DNA from: a virus
Taxonomy: Duplodnaviria > Caudoviricetes
Strand: one strand, 5' to 3'
IMG/VR virus record: IMGVR_UViG_3300035498_000844
Span: 9,842 to 73,841 of that record
DNA length: 64,000 nt
Shown here piece after piece: positions 1-8,622 of the stretch. Under the pieces are notes generated by a model. It saw only the letters and a list, made by a program, of their open reading frames with translations, was not told the origin of the DNA and did no database searches. The number at the start of each line of letters is the position of its first letter. The stretch's first letter is position 1. Made by a program: the position numbers and the translations under genes.

Positions 1-38
1 TAAAAAATCAAAAGAAAGATATGGTTTTGAGGATTTTC

Positions 39-67
39 TTGACTTTAAGTAAATTTTATGATATAAT
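39..67 (+). promoter_or_regulatory. sigmaA/sigma70-type promoter
   Basis: TTGACT-17 nt-TATAAT upstream of the ORF at 95. Confidence 0.75.
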
Positions 68-94
68 ATTAATATAAAATAAGAGGATAATTAA

Positions 95-280
95 ATGAAT
101 AAAAGTGAGTTAAGTCAAGAGCTAAAAGTATCAGAAAATGAGGTTGTAAGACATTGGTTGCGGCTGGTAGAAAAAATGAAAAGGCGCGGGATTCGGTTAG
201 TGAAGCGTGGAACTAATGATTATGGTATTATAGATTCAAATAAAAGTGCGGCGAGATTTGAACATAATAAAAAAGAATAA
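95..280 (+). CDS. hypothetical protein, possible N-terminal HTH
   Basis: ORF with GAGGA RBS directly after the promoter; start KSELSQELKVSENEV resembles an HTH. Confidence 0.55.
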   Translation: MNKSELSQELKVSENEVVRHWLRLVEKMKRRGIRLVKRGTNDYGIIDSNKSAARFEHNKKE

Positions 281-554
281 TGAGGAAAGTTACCGCATGA
301 CTATTGATGAACCTGGAGTAAAAATTAAAAATATAATATTAAACGGTGAAGATGACGAAGATAGAAAGTGGGTTATATCATTTAATAATGTTAGAAATGT
401 TAATATAAGTTATGGAAATGGAAACATGGAAGAACCATTTTTTAAAATAACTGGAGATTTATATGATTATAAAAAATCTATTTTTGATATTGAATTGAAA
501 ACATTAATTAACAATGATTTTGGATCAATAGAATCATTAGAGAAGGAGAATTAA
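246..554 (+). CDS. hypothetical protein
   Basis: 102-aa ORF in the operon; true start may be the ATG near 298. Confidence 0.55.
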   Translation: MRRDLNIIKKNNEESYRMTIDEPGVKIKNIILNGEDDEDRKWVISFNNVRNVNISYGNGNMEEPFFKITGDLYDYKKSIFDIELKTLINNDFGSIESLEKEN

Positions 555-555
555 T

Positions 556-837
556 ATGGATATTGAAGCATTAAAGATTATTAGTACATTAAGAAAAGAT
601 ATAGATGGATTACAAAAGCAATATAATGAATTATTAGGAAGTTATAGTAGACTTTTGGAAAAATATATTGATATATTAGAAGAACAAGAGAAGAGAAAGA
701 CAGAGAAAGTAAATAATTCTAATTCTAATTCTAAGGAAAATAGTAATATTTTACCAAGAATAGCTTCAAATGAAACTATGCAGAAAATAGATGCTTATTT
801 TGGTGCGAGAGAGAATTGTAATGGTTATCATGACTAG
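556..837 (+). CDS. hypothetical coiled-coil protein
   Basis: Heptad-like N-terminus; ends at TAG, and the frame stays open to TGA 888-890. Confidence 0.6.
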   Translation: MDIEALKIISTLRKDIDGLQKQYNELLGSYSRLLEKYIDILEEQEKRKTEKVNNSNSNSKENSNILPRIASNETMQKIDAYFGARENCNGYHD

Positions 838-900
838 CGGGTTTGCCACTTTAAAGTGGAATGGGATGCAATCAAAGTTACTAGAAAGTGAGGTTCGCGC

Positions 901-1326
901 ATGATTAGTATAATTGCTCAAAGAATTGGAATATTTTATAAAGATTTAGAATGGGTTAGGCGTATTTTTGATGAAATATTAAGTATGATTCCAGAAGATG
1001 CAATAAAAATGGTGAGAAAATCTAAGTTTAATTTAATAGCTGGATTAAAAGATGGAACAACAATTGAATGTATAAAAGTTAGGGATGGAATAAGAGGGAA
1101 AAAATTTGATAAAATTTTAATGCAGCAAGGAATTGAGGCAGTTGATTATAATACTATTATTGCTCCATGTTTTTTAGGAATTTATTCTATGCCAGTGGTA
1201 ATTATGGAAGACGGATCTTTAAGACGTGCATCATATTATTATATAGATTTAATGGGATCTAAAGATACTAAAGATACTAAAGAATGGGCTTTAGTAAGTC
1301 AAATTGTTGAAGGCGCAAAAGAGTGA
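901..1326 (+). CDS. hypothetical protein
   Basis: 141-aa ORF with AGTGAGG RBS. Confidence 0.65.
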   Translation: MISIIAQRIGIFYKDLEWVRRIFDEILSMIPEDAIKMVRKSKFNLIAGLKDGTTIECIKVRDGIRGKKFDKILMQQGIEAVDYNTIIAPCFLGIYSMPVVIMEDGSLRRASYYYIDLMGSKDTKDTKEWALVSQIVEGAKE

Positions 1327-1535
1327 GTTTCCACAGTAGTATATTAAGATGTATAAATTTTTAACATTTTGTCAAACAAGATTTTTGTTGGGATTTTACG
1401 GAAAAAACGGTTTCGATTTTAATTATTTTGTTAAAAACGGTTTTAGCAAGTGTTAAAATTTTTCTAATTAGGACAATAATTGTTAACCCTTAACAAAATA
1501 TTTTTATATATAATATTGAGTTAAGGAGGAAAAAT

Positions 1536-2144
1536 ATGCAGATTCAAAGTAATTCAAGACAGATTCCTAGTATAGAGAGATATACCGCAGATAAGAAGTA
1601 TAATGATTTATTATATGGAATCCTTCAAGAGATGTCTTATTTAGAAGTTTGTGATAATGAAAAGGTGCGTTATGTAAATAAAAAAGATATTAATTATACT
1701 CATTTGGGGGAAAGAATGGGAACTAGTAGACAGACTGCATCTTCTAAATTTAAAAATTTAATATCTTTAGGATTAATAGTTTTTATTAAAGAACAGGATA
1801 GATATAAATTAAATTATCTTGATAAAACTACCTGTTCTTTAGTACCTTTTGAAACATTAAGAATATTAAATAATACTTTAAGCCAAAATTCAATTAGTCT
1901 TTACGTTTATTTATTAAAAAGATATATTGCTAATAAGGAACAAGAATTTACTGTAACTATGAGTCAAATGAAGAAATTTATTGGAATTGCAACTACAACA
2001 ACAAGTAATAATGAAATTATTAATGACATTTTAAATGTGTTAAAACTATTGGGATTAGTAGATTTTAATAAGATCCAGATTGAAAAGGATAAAACTCAGA
2101 TACAAATTAAAAAAGTTAATAATGTTGTTAAAAAATCGTGTTAA
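1536..2144 (+). CDS. putative replication initiator (tandem winged-helix, Rep-like)
   Basis: HTH-like INYTHLGERMGTSRQTASSKFKNLISLGLI and a second wHTH (VTMSQMKKFIG...NDILNVLKLLGLVDF); iteron-like repeats begin at its stop codon. Confidence 0.65.
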   Translation: MQIQSNSRQIPSIERYTADKKYNDLLYGILQEMSYLEVCDNEKVRYVNKKDINYTHLGERMGTSRQTASSKFKNLISLGLIVFIKEQDRYKLNYLDKTTCSLVPFETLRILNNTLSQNSISLYVYLLKRYIANKEQEFTVTMSQMKKFIGIATTTTSNNEIINDILNVLKLLGLVDFNKIQIEKDKTQIQIKKVNNVVKKSC

Positions 2145-2251
2145 AAATTTTCTATAGAAGTGTTAAAAATTTTCTAATGATAGCAAAAAATTTGTTAAAA
2201 ATTTTCTAATGAGTGTTAAAAAATTTCTATAGAAGTGTTAAAAATTTAGAT
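2138..2251 (+). repeat. five 17-bp direct repeats (iteron-like), consensus GTGTTAAAAATTTTCTA
   Basis: Copies start at 2138, 2160, 2192, 2213, 2235; further copies at 1450 and 2463. Confidence 0.85.
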
Positions 2252-2292
2252 ACCATATAAATAGAAATAGAAATAGTTTTTAAATCACACTA

Positions 2293-2351
2293 AGGTGAAT
2301 TTAACAATTCACTCAAGCTCGTTCCTCGCTTTCGGATTGTTAAATTCACCT
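2293..2351. repeat. 16-bp inverted repeat with GC-richer loop
   Basis: AGGTGAATTTAACAAT (2293-2308) / ATTGTTAAATTCACCT (2336-2351). Confidence 0.85.
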
Positions 2352-2742
2352 ATCGGTCCATAATTTTAACAAAACATGCATGAATTTAAGTATTTTGCTT
2401 AATTCAAACAAATTTATTAAAGTTGTTTGAAAATATAAAAGTAATAAATGTGTTAAAAAAATGTGTTAAAAATTTTCTAATAAAATATTAAAAGCAGAAA
2501 TTCTTTGAATTTTTCAATATAAATAGAGGTATTAAATTGCGGGGATGGGATATCCGCATAGAGGTATATATTATTTTTAAAAACTCATTTGAAAATTTTG
2601 GCAAGGGACATCAAAAATTTTGATTTCAAAATTATTAAATTATTTTTAGTAATTATATTAATAATTCTGTTTATTTTACTTTTGATAATATATTTAAGTA
2701 TTAATATATATTATTAATTAACTATTAAGGAAATGCTATTAT

Positions 2743-2964
2743 ATGAGGATTGAAAGGAGAAAGTATCAAATGTGGTTATCAAAATGGAGAAAAGGAAAAC
2801 TTTTATATTATTTTATACCAGATAAAGTCATAGAAGATGAGATGTCTGCTATTGAAAAAAATGAAGAAGAATTAAAGCATATAAATGATAAAGAAATAAA
2901 AGAACATAAAGATGAAGTAAAGGCAATGATTAAAAAAATAAAAGAGAATATAAAAAATATTTAG
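2743..2964 (+). CDS. hypothetical protein
   Basis: 73-aa charged ORF, last gene of the + strand block. Confidence 0.45.
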   Translation: MRIERRKYQMWLSKWRKGKLLYYFIPDKVIEDEMSAIEKNEEELKHINDKEIKEHKDEVKAMIKKIKENIKNI

Positions 2965-3118
2965 TAATTAAATAAAAAGCAAGATTAATGGAATGAAGTA
3001 ATTAAAATAAATTGTGCTATAAGATAATATTTAAAATAAAATGTGGTTATAATAATAAATTATATAAATAAAATAAGTTGAGCGGTTAATAATGAATAGG
3101 AATGAGTTTTGTGGGGGA

Positions 3119-3192
3119 AATAATCTGTATAAGTAAAAAATGATCTGTATTAGTAGATAATAATCTGGCAATGATCTAGTGGTAATGATCTG
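3119..3192 (+). repeat. five short direct repeats AAT(A/G)ATCT
   Basis: Copies at 3119, 3139, 3159, 3170, 3184. Confidence 0.6.
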
Positions 3193-3258
3193 TGTGACGT
3201 GGCACCGGTATCCAGTCCATTTCTTCACCGTCTTCGTCATCGTCTTCCTTTTACCCAA

Positions 3259-3286
3259 TAAAAAAAGACCCTTATGACAGGGTCTT
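3259..3286 (-). terminator. intrinsic terminator
   Basis: AAGACCC/GGGTCTT stem followed by a U-tract on the minus strand; the stop codon of 3272-3676 lies in the loop. Confidence 0.75.
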
Positions 3287-3676
3287 CAAAAACTGCATCA
3301 ATACATCATCAGATGTTTTTGTACCTTTATTCTTTGGTGCTTTTGTTGTGTCTAAATCATAAATAAGTTCCATCATCGGCGAAAGCTTACCAAGCTCATT
3401 TTCTGATTCTTTCAAAGCATCCTTAAACGCTTCAATATCCTCATTAGTGCAGATACCTTTAGGAAACACGCCTAATACAGTCAAATAATCAATTACCGCA
3501 TAGATTAGATCTTCTCTTGCTCCATCCAACTCTTCATTCTTTGCGGCGATTTCCGCAGCTTTTCTTTTCTCTTCCTCAATCTTAGCTTTTTCTTTGTTAA
3601 TTTCTTTCTGAACAGTATCCAGAACTTCTTTCTCAGTAATTCCAGAATTTAACAACTTTCTAATATCAATTTCCAT
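3272..3676 (-). CDS. hypothetical coiled-coil protein
   Basis: 134 aa, AAGGAG RBS, own promoter at 3729-3757. Confidence 0.75.
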   Translation of the reverse strand: MEIDIRKLLNSGITEKEVLDTVQKEINKEKAKIEEEKRKAAEIAAKNEELDGAREDLIYAVIDYLTVLGVFPKGICTNEDIEAFKDALKESENELGKLSPMMELIYDLDTTKAPKNKGTKTSDDVLMQFLKTLS

Positions 3677-4217
3677 AGGTAATTTACTCCTTTTGTTTAT
3701 TATTTATTTCTTACCTCTTTATACATATATTATATCAAAAATTTTTGAAAAATTCAAGCGGCGGGTTTAACTCTGTGCAAAAGCCTGACTAATCCAGTTT
3801 CTAAAAATTTTGCTAGATTTACCTTCTCATGAATATTTTTCCGACACAAAAGAAAAATAAGCTTAAAATGGAAGCGGGATTAAAAATAGCTTTTTTTAAT
3901 ATTATATCATATTTTATTATAAAAGTCAAATAACTGCGCGAACGGCGCATATGAGTCCGCAATTCGGGATTTCGGAGGAAAGAGGAAATAGGTCCAAACA
4001 ACTATAAAAATTGGCCATATGGTAAGTGGGATGGGGTCTCGGCCCTTGCTGGTCGCCAGCGGGCCGCTAATTATAACATACTTTTATGCGCTTGTCAATA
4101 GGCAAAATATATAAATTTTTTATTGAAATTTCGTTAAAAATCACTAAAAAATAATAAAATAACACAAAAAATGGAGCTTTTTAGCTCCATTTCCGCATTT
4201 TTTATGCAATTTGTACA

Positions 4218-4625
4218 TTATTTCTTTGGTTTCCGCTTCTGAATTAGATTTACTTCAAACTTTTCATCCCCAATAGAAAAGGAAATCAACTTACCAACAT
4301 TCAAAATTTCCACATTTTCCGCAAAATTTGGGAGAATTTTTGCAATTTCCGCAATTACCATTTCTTTTGTAGGATTTTCTTTTCTGGTGCGCTCTTTCTG
4401 GGTTTTCTTTTTTGGCTCTGCTGATGTTGCTTGATGAATGGTTGCGGTAATGCGATTTTCTTTAGCTTTCTTTTCAAGCTCTTCCTGTTCCTCATTTTCA
4501 AGATAGCCTTCATCTTCTAACCACATCTGAACAGCTTCTTCTTTTGTAATGCTCCAGTGTTCCATACTCTGTTTGATTTCGCTATCTGGAATTTTGATAT
4601 TCTTACCATCTAAATTATAAGTCAT
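4218..4625 (-). CDS. hypothetical protein, paralog of 8208-8573
   Basis: Similar ITKEEAVQMWLEDE / LTREEAEQLYDED and ISFSIGDEKFEVNL / ITFKIGKNDYSLVL; start taken at MTYNLDG after GAGG. Confidence 0.75.
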   Translation of the reverse strand: MTYNLDGKNIKIPDSEIKQSMEHWSITKEEAVQMWLEDEGYLENEEQEELEKKAKENRITATIHQATSAEPKKKTQKERTRKENPTKEMVIAEIAKILPNFAENVEILNVGKLISFSIGDEKFEVNLIQKRKPKK

Positions 4626-4774
4626 GTTATTAACCTCTCTTTCCATGCTTTCCTTTTGTTTCTAAAAATATTATAACAAAAAATTTTTAAAATGTCAATA
4701 GTTTTTTTAAAAAGTTTTGAGCGGCATTTCAACCGCTCAAAGGAAAGGAGGGAAACAATGTTAGGATAGTAAAA

Positions 4775-4886
4775 TGGAGCTTACAAGATTTGAACTTGTG
4801 ATACTTTGGTTAGAAGTGGTTTGCCTTGTATATTTTTCTTTCAAGTTACCATCTTAAAAGAAAATATATCCATAGCCTAAAGCCCC
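4775..4886 (-). ncRNA. tRNA-like RNA with a greatly extended D arm and unpaired Arg(UCU)-like anticodon arm
   Basis: Acceptor GGGGCTT/AAGCTCC+A; T arm ACAAG-TTCAAAT-CTTGT; long AT-rich hairpin with ATGGTAA loop in the D-arm position; CT-TCT-AA loop with non-pairing stem. Confidence 0.6.
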
Positions 4887-4893
4887 AATTAAA

Positions 4894-4966
4894 TCTGCCT
4901 AATGGGATTCGAACCCATGCTCCCATGATTAAAAGTCATGTGCTTTACCAACTAAGCTACAGGCAG
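4894..4966 (-). tRNA. tRNA-Lys (anticodon UUU), CCA not encoded
   Basis: Full cloverleaf: CTGCCTG/TAGGCAG, GCTT-AGTTGGTA-AAGC, CATGA-CTTTTAA-TCATG, ATGGG-TTCGAAT-CCCAT. Confidence 0.93.
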
Positions 4967-5025
4967 TCAATGGGACTAAAAAGTCCCAAAGGAAAGGAGG
5001 AAAAGCAATATTTAGTTAATAAAAA

Positions 5026-5109
5026 CTGCCTAGTAAGATTTGAACTTACATTAGTCTATCTTCACAAAATTGTATCTTCAAACTGTTTTACCTTTTAAAC
5101 TATAGGCAG
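5026..5109 (-). ncRNA. tRNA-like RNA with expanded anticodon arm
   Basis: Acceptor CTGCCTA/TAGGCAG, D arm GTTT-AAAAGGTA-AAAC, T arm GTAAG-TTCAAAT-CTTAC; 30-nt arm GTTTGAAGATACAATTTTGTGAAGATAGAC in place of the 17-nt anticodon arm. Confidence 0.65.
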
Positions 5110-5133
5110 TGGGGGCTTTCGCCCCCCATCCGC

Positions 5134-5517
5134 TTAGGCGAGAGAGAAGAAAGCTTTCTTCTTCTCATAGGTCTTTACAACCTCACCAGAATCAACCATC
5201 TTTTTAAGGATTGCAGACAACTTCTGATTGGAAATCTTTCTACCATCTTCCAGAGTATAAGTTGCTACACTTTCATTCTCAAGTAATGCAGATACAGTAA
5301 CAGGCTCACCAATTTCAGCGAGAACATCCTTAATGGTAGCAATTACCGCAATATTCTCTTTCTGGGTTTTAGTCAGAGTGGACTTGCTAGACTTTTTGTC
5401 CAGAAGCTCGATTTCATGATCAATAAAAGCCATGATATCATTAATGCGCTCATCTCCAGATTCAGTAACAATGACCTTCAGAACCTCATACCAATCTTTC
5501 TTTGTCATCTTTGTCAT
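5134..5517 (-). CDS. putative winged-helix DNA-binding protein, paralog of 8623-9006
   Basis: Both start MTKMTKKDWY and end KKA(F/Y)FS(L/V)A; wHTH-like C-terminus PVTVSALL...SNQKLSAILKKMVDSGEVVK. Confidence 0.75.
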   Translation of the reverse strand: MTKMTKKDWYEVLKVIVTESGDERINDIMAFIDHEIELLDKKSSKSTLTKTQKENIAVIATIKDVLAEIGEPVTVSALLENESVATYTLEDGRKISNQKLSAILKKMVDSGEVVKTYEKKKAFFSLA

Positions 5518-5961
5518 AGTTCATACATCCTTTCTTTTTTGAAATGTTTTCTTTTCTTTTGATATAATCATTATATCATATTTCTTTTTGTTTGTCAAGA
5601 CTTTTTTTTATTTTTTTAAATTTTTTAAGGAATGCGCGAACCGCCTTGACTTCGGTTTTTTATTTCCTTTCTTTTGATAAGACTATTATAACAAAAATTT
5701 TTGAAAAAAACAAGTCGGAATATTGCACAAAGATCAACGAATTTTGGATGGATTATTTGTTCATTCTGCTATTGTGCAATGTGCATGAAATTCGGGAAGA
5801 GAAAGGCAAAAAAATTGGCTAAAATTGCTCTTGACAAATTTTGCAGGGTGTGGTATAATGGAATTTTCGGCGCTTGACATTTGTCTGCGCGCCGACGAAA
5901 AGTCAATAGATAATTTAAATAAAAAATAAAAGCCAAGTTTATGTGACTTGACTTTTAAATT

Positions 5962-6152
5962 TCAATCTTTAAAATCACTTGAATAAATCTGGTCTTCATA
6001 CCAGTATCCTTCTGTTTCCATTTTTTTTATAGCAAATTTTATTTCATCTTTTTTTTACAAGTTCTGGAGAGATATTCATTAAAACTATTAAAGGCATTTT
6101 CTTTCTTATGGAAAAAAAAAATTTCTCCATCATGATCCCAAATCCAAATCAT
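5962..6152 (-). pseudogene. small ORF broken by a 1-nt deletion in an A8 run (or sequencing error)
   Basis: MIWIWDHDGE...SRTCKK then a shift to DEIKFAIKKMETEGYWYEDQ...; start-to-stop length 191 nt. Confidence 0.5.
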
Positions 6153-6153
6153 T

Positions 6154-6342
6154 TTATTTACCTCTCTTTTCTGCCTTAATTGCGGAAACTCTTTTAGCTC
6201 GATACTCTGCGCTTACAGGTGGATTTTCCGCAACCTGTGTGTATTTTGGAACTGGTTTAACGCCTAACTGATTAGCTCTTGCAATTGCCTCTGGATAAGT
6301 TGTAATCTCTTCTTTTCCTACTAAATAAGTTAATTTTGTCAT
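6154..6342 (-). CDS. hypothetical protein
   Basis: GAGGAG RBS and own promoter (6373-6401). Confidence 0.75.
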   Translation of the reverse strand: MTKLTYLVGKEEITTYPEAIARANQLGVKPVPKYTQVAENPPVSAEYRAKRVSAIKAEKRGK

Positions 6343-6408
6343 TGTTTAAATCTCCTCTCTTTTGATGATTTAATTATAGCACACTCTCTTACTTTTGTCA
6401 ACAGGATT

Positions 6409-6897
6409 TTATAATCTTTTATTGATTTCAGTAATATTATATTTTACCTTATATTCTTTTAAGATATCCCTAATAATTGCACTATCTTTTGTTGTCTTAC
6501 TAAAAATATCAATGTTATAATAAAATTCGTTTCTATACTCAACAGGGTTTGAAGTATAGCTAATTGCAAAAGGTTCGAGCTTTTTAATTATATCTTTATC
6601 TTTTGTAGTAACAGAAATTTTCCATAAGCATTCTTTTTTGCAACTATCTATAATTAATCTGGATAAATAAACGCCAATTAAGTTGGTAGCAATTGTTACT
6701 ATTACTGTAATAGACACGTCAAGACTTGCAAGCTGTTTTACAATAATAGCATTAAAACCATAAGCAATTGCGTTAATAAGTGCGGCAACTCTACGGTCAG
6801 CCCGCAAAGTTAAAATTGATTTCATTGTGGAAAGCATTACGTTTATTAAGCTACAGATAAAGAAAATTATAATTCCAGTTGTTAAGATATTTTTCAT
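6409..6897 (-). CDS. membrane protein (DUF5698/DUF2179-like, three predicted TM helices)
   Basis: Hydrophobic segments and motifs INVMLSTMKSILT, AALINAIAYGF, IATNLIGVYL. Confidence 0.7.
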   Translation of the reverse strand: MKNILTTGIIIFFICSLINVMLSTMKSILTLRADRRVAALINAIAYGFNAIIVKQLASLDVSITVIVTIATNLIGVYLSRLIIDSCKKECLWKISVTTKDKDIIKKLEPFAISYTSNPVEYRNEFYYNIDIFSKTTKDSAIIRDILKEYKVKYNITEINKRL

Positions 6898-7114
6898 TAC
6901 TTATTCCACCTTTCTTTCTATTGTTATTATATCAGGTCTGAATGATTTTGTCAAACTTTTTTTTCTTAAATTTTTTCACCCATTTTTTGTAAATAGGACA
7001 TTTATGCCCTTTTCTACAAGTATAATTACAATAGAGGCAAACTCCAACAGTCCCTTTTTTATATGAATTTCCTTTCATAATAAATAATGCCTACCTTTCA
7101 ATTGGTTTGGACAA

Positions 7115-7417
7115 TTAATGTCCAAATCGAATATAGTGTTTCATCCAATTATCACCAAAATAATCTTTTAATTCTTTTTCATATTCTGGATAATTTTCAA
7201 GAATAGATAATTTATAAACACTATCTAAATCAATAATTGTTAACCAGTCACCATTGACACATTTTGAAAATCTTAAGGTATCCAAAATCCAGTCCATAGT
7301 TTCCTGTTTGAAATCCATTGTAACAAGTTCTTTTAATGTAATAAATTGCCCTTTAAAAATAGGTTTAATTTCAAAATTGCTTACTTTAGTTCCACTAATC
7401 TTAGGTTCAAATGTTAT
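7115..7417 (-). CDS. hypothetical protein; RBS-positioned start is ATA (first ATG at 7318)
   Basis: Frame is open for 33 codons upstream of ATG 7318 to an ATA 8 nt from GAGG, just downstream of promoter 7452-7480. Confidence 0.55.
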   Translation of the reverse strand: MTFEPKISGTKVSNFEIKPIFKGQFITLKELVTMDFKQETMDWILDTLRFSKCVNGDWLTIIDLDSVYKLSILENYPEYEKELKDYFGDNWMKHYIRFGH

Positions 7418-7522
7418 TTTATCTTCCTCTCTTTCTTTACCTTGTAATTATATTATAGCAAATCTTTTTAAACCTGTCAATAGTTTTTAAAAATCGCCTA
7501 GGAATTAACCTAGGCGATTTTA

Positions 7523-7675
7523 CTACATTACATAAGCACCAGCAATCGCCTTTACAGTACCATCAGGATTAAAAAAGATTACATTGTCCTGAATAACCTT
7601 AATGCCCTTAGCTCTCATCTCAGCGCGGAAAACATAGTCATTACGATACTTTCTCAGAAAATCAACTTTGCTCAT
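7523..7675 (-). CDS. hypothetical protein
   Basis: MSKVDFLRKY... after GAGG RBS; own promoter and downstream hairpin. Confidence 0.7.
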   Translation of the reverse strand: MSKVDFLRKYRNDYVFRAEMRAKGIKVIQDNVIFFNPDGTVKAIAGAYVM

Positions 7676-7740
7676 AATTTTTACCTCTTTCTTTCTTTGA
7701 TGGTTTAATTGTATCATAGAAGGACTTGTTTGTCAAGCCC

Positions 7741-7959
7741 TTATTTTCTTTTTGTGCAATAATTAAAAGCATTAATAACATCAAGAAAAAGCTCATTATC
7801 TTCTGCAATCTCAAACAGGTCGTCCATGTCTGACTCATCTGGAACTCCATAAAGAAGCCAGTATTTAATCATGTATTCATTGTCAACATGTTTAAGAACA
7901 TAAAGATCCATCTGTTTTAAAAGCAATACTCTGTCTACTAATAACCCTTTACTTTTCAT
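7741..7959 (-). CDS. hypothetical acidic protein
   Basis: MKSKGLLVDR... after GAGAGG RBS; own promoter. Confidence 0.7.
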   Translation of the reverse strand: MKSKGLLVDRVLLLKQMDLYVLKHVDNEYMIKYWLLYGVPDESDMDDLFEIAEDNELFLDVINAFNYCTKRK

Positions 7960-8207
7960 TTTTATTACCTCTCTTTCCTTTCTGTAATTATATTTTATCA
8001 AAATTTTTATAAAAAATCAATTGGCAGATTGCACAAATTTCGGGAATAATCTTTGTGTAAGATTACTAGTTAACAAAGCGCAAAAAATGTGCTATAATAA
8101 AAGGTTAGGTAAAAACGGGCGCGTCACGACCCACCGCGCGCCGCCAATTATATAACGCTTCTTCTCTGTTGTCAATAGGTAAAATGCACAAAAATACAGG
8201 ATGCATT

Positions 8208-8573
8208 TTATGCACCCTGCTGATTTTTTCGATGTTTGGTTAATACCAGTGAATAGTCATTTTTACCAATTTTGAAAGTAATTTCACGCTGACTATTAGC
8301 AATTTTGACTTCATCAGCGACAAGCATTTTAGCAATAGCACTAATGATTTCTACTTTTTCAGTGTCAACCTTTAAGACTCTTGCGGACTTTTTGCGGTCA
8401 GTAGTTCTATCTGCTTCATACCGCCGCTTCATTGATTTTGCTTTCTGTTCCATCTCCGCAACTTCTGGAAGAGTTTCATTAGAATTATCTTCATCATAAA
8501 GCTGTTCGGCTTCTTCTCTTGTGAGTCCTAAGACTTCCATGTGTTTCTGAATCTCTTTTTCTTTTTCGCTCAT
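8208..8573 (-). CDS. hypothetical protein, paralog of 4218-4625
   Basis: See paralog; AGAGGTG RBS. Confidence 0.75.
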   Translation of the reverse strand: MSEKEKEIQKHMEVLGLTREEAEQLYDEDNSNETLPEVAEMEQKAKSMKRRYEADRTTDRKKSARVLKVDTEKVEIISAIAKMLVADEVKIANSQREITFKIGKNDYSLVLTKHRKNQQGA

Positions 8574-8622
8574 GTAGTCACCTCTTTTTTAAAAAGGGTT
8601 AGTGGGGCTTTCGCCCCACTCT

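Noticed and set aside
2138-2251. CRISPR array
   Set aside because: Repeats are 17 bp with only 4-15 nt between them, some spacers are identical, and there are no cas genes; fits iterons
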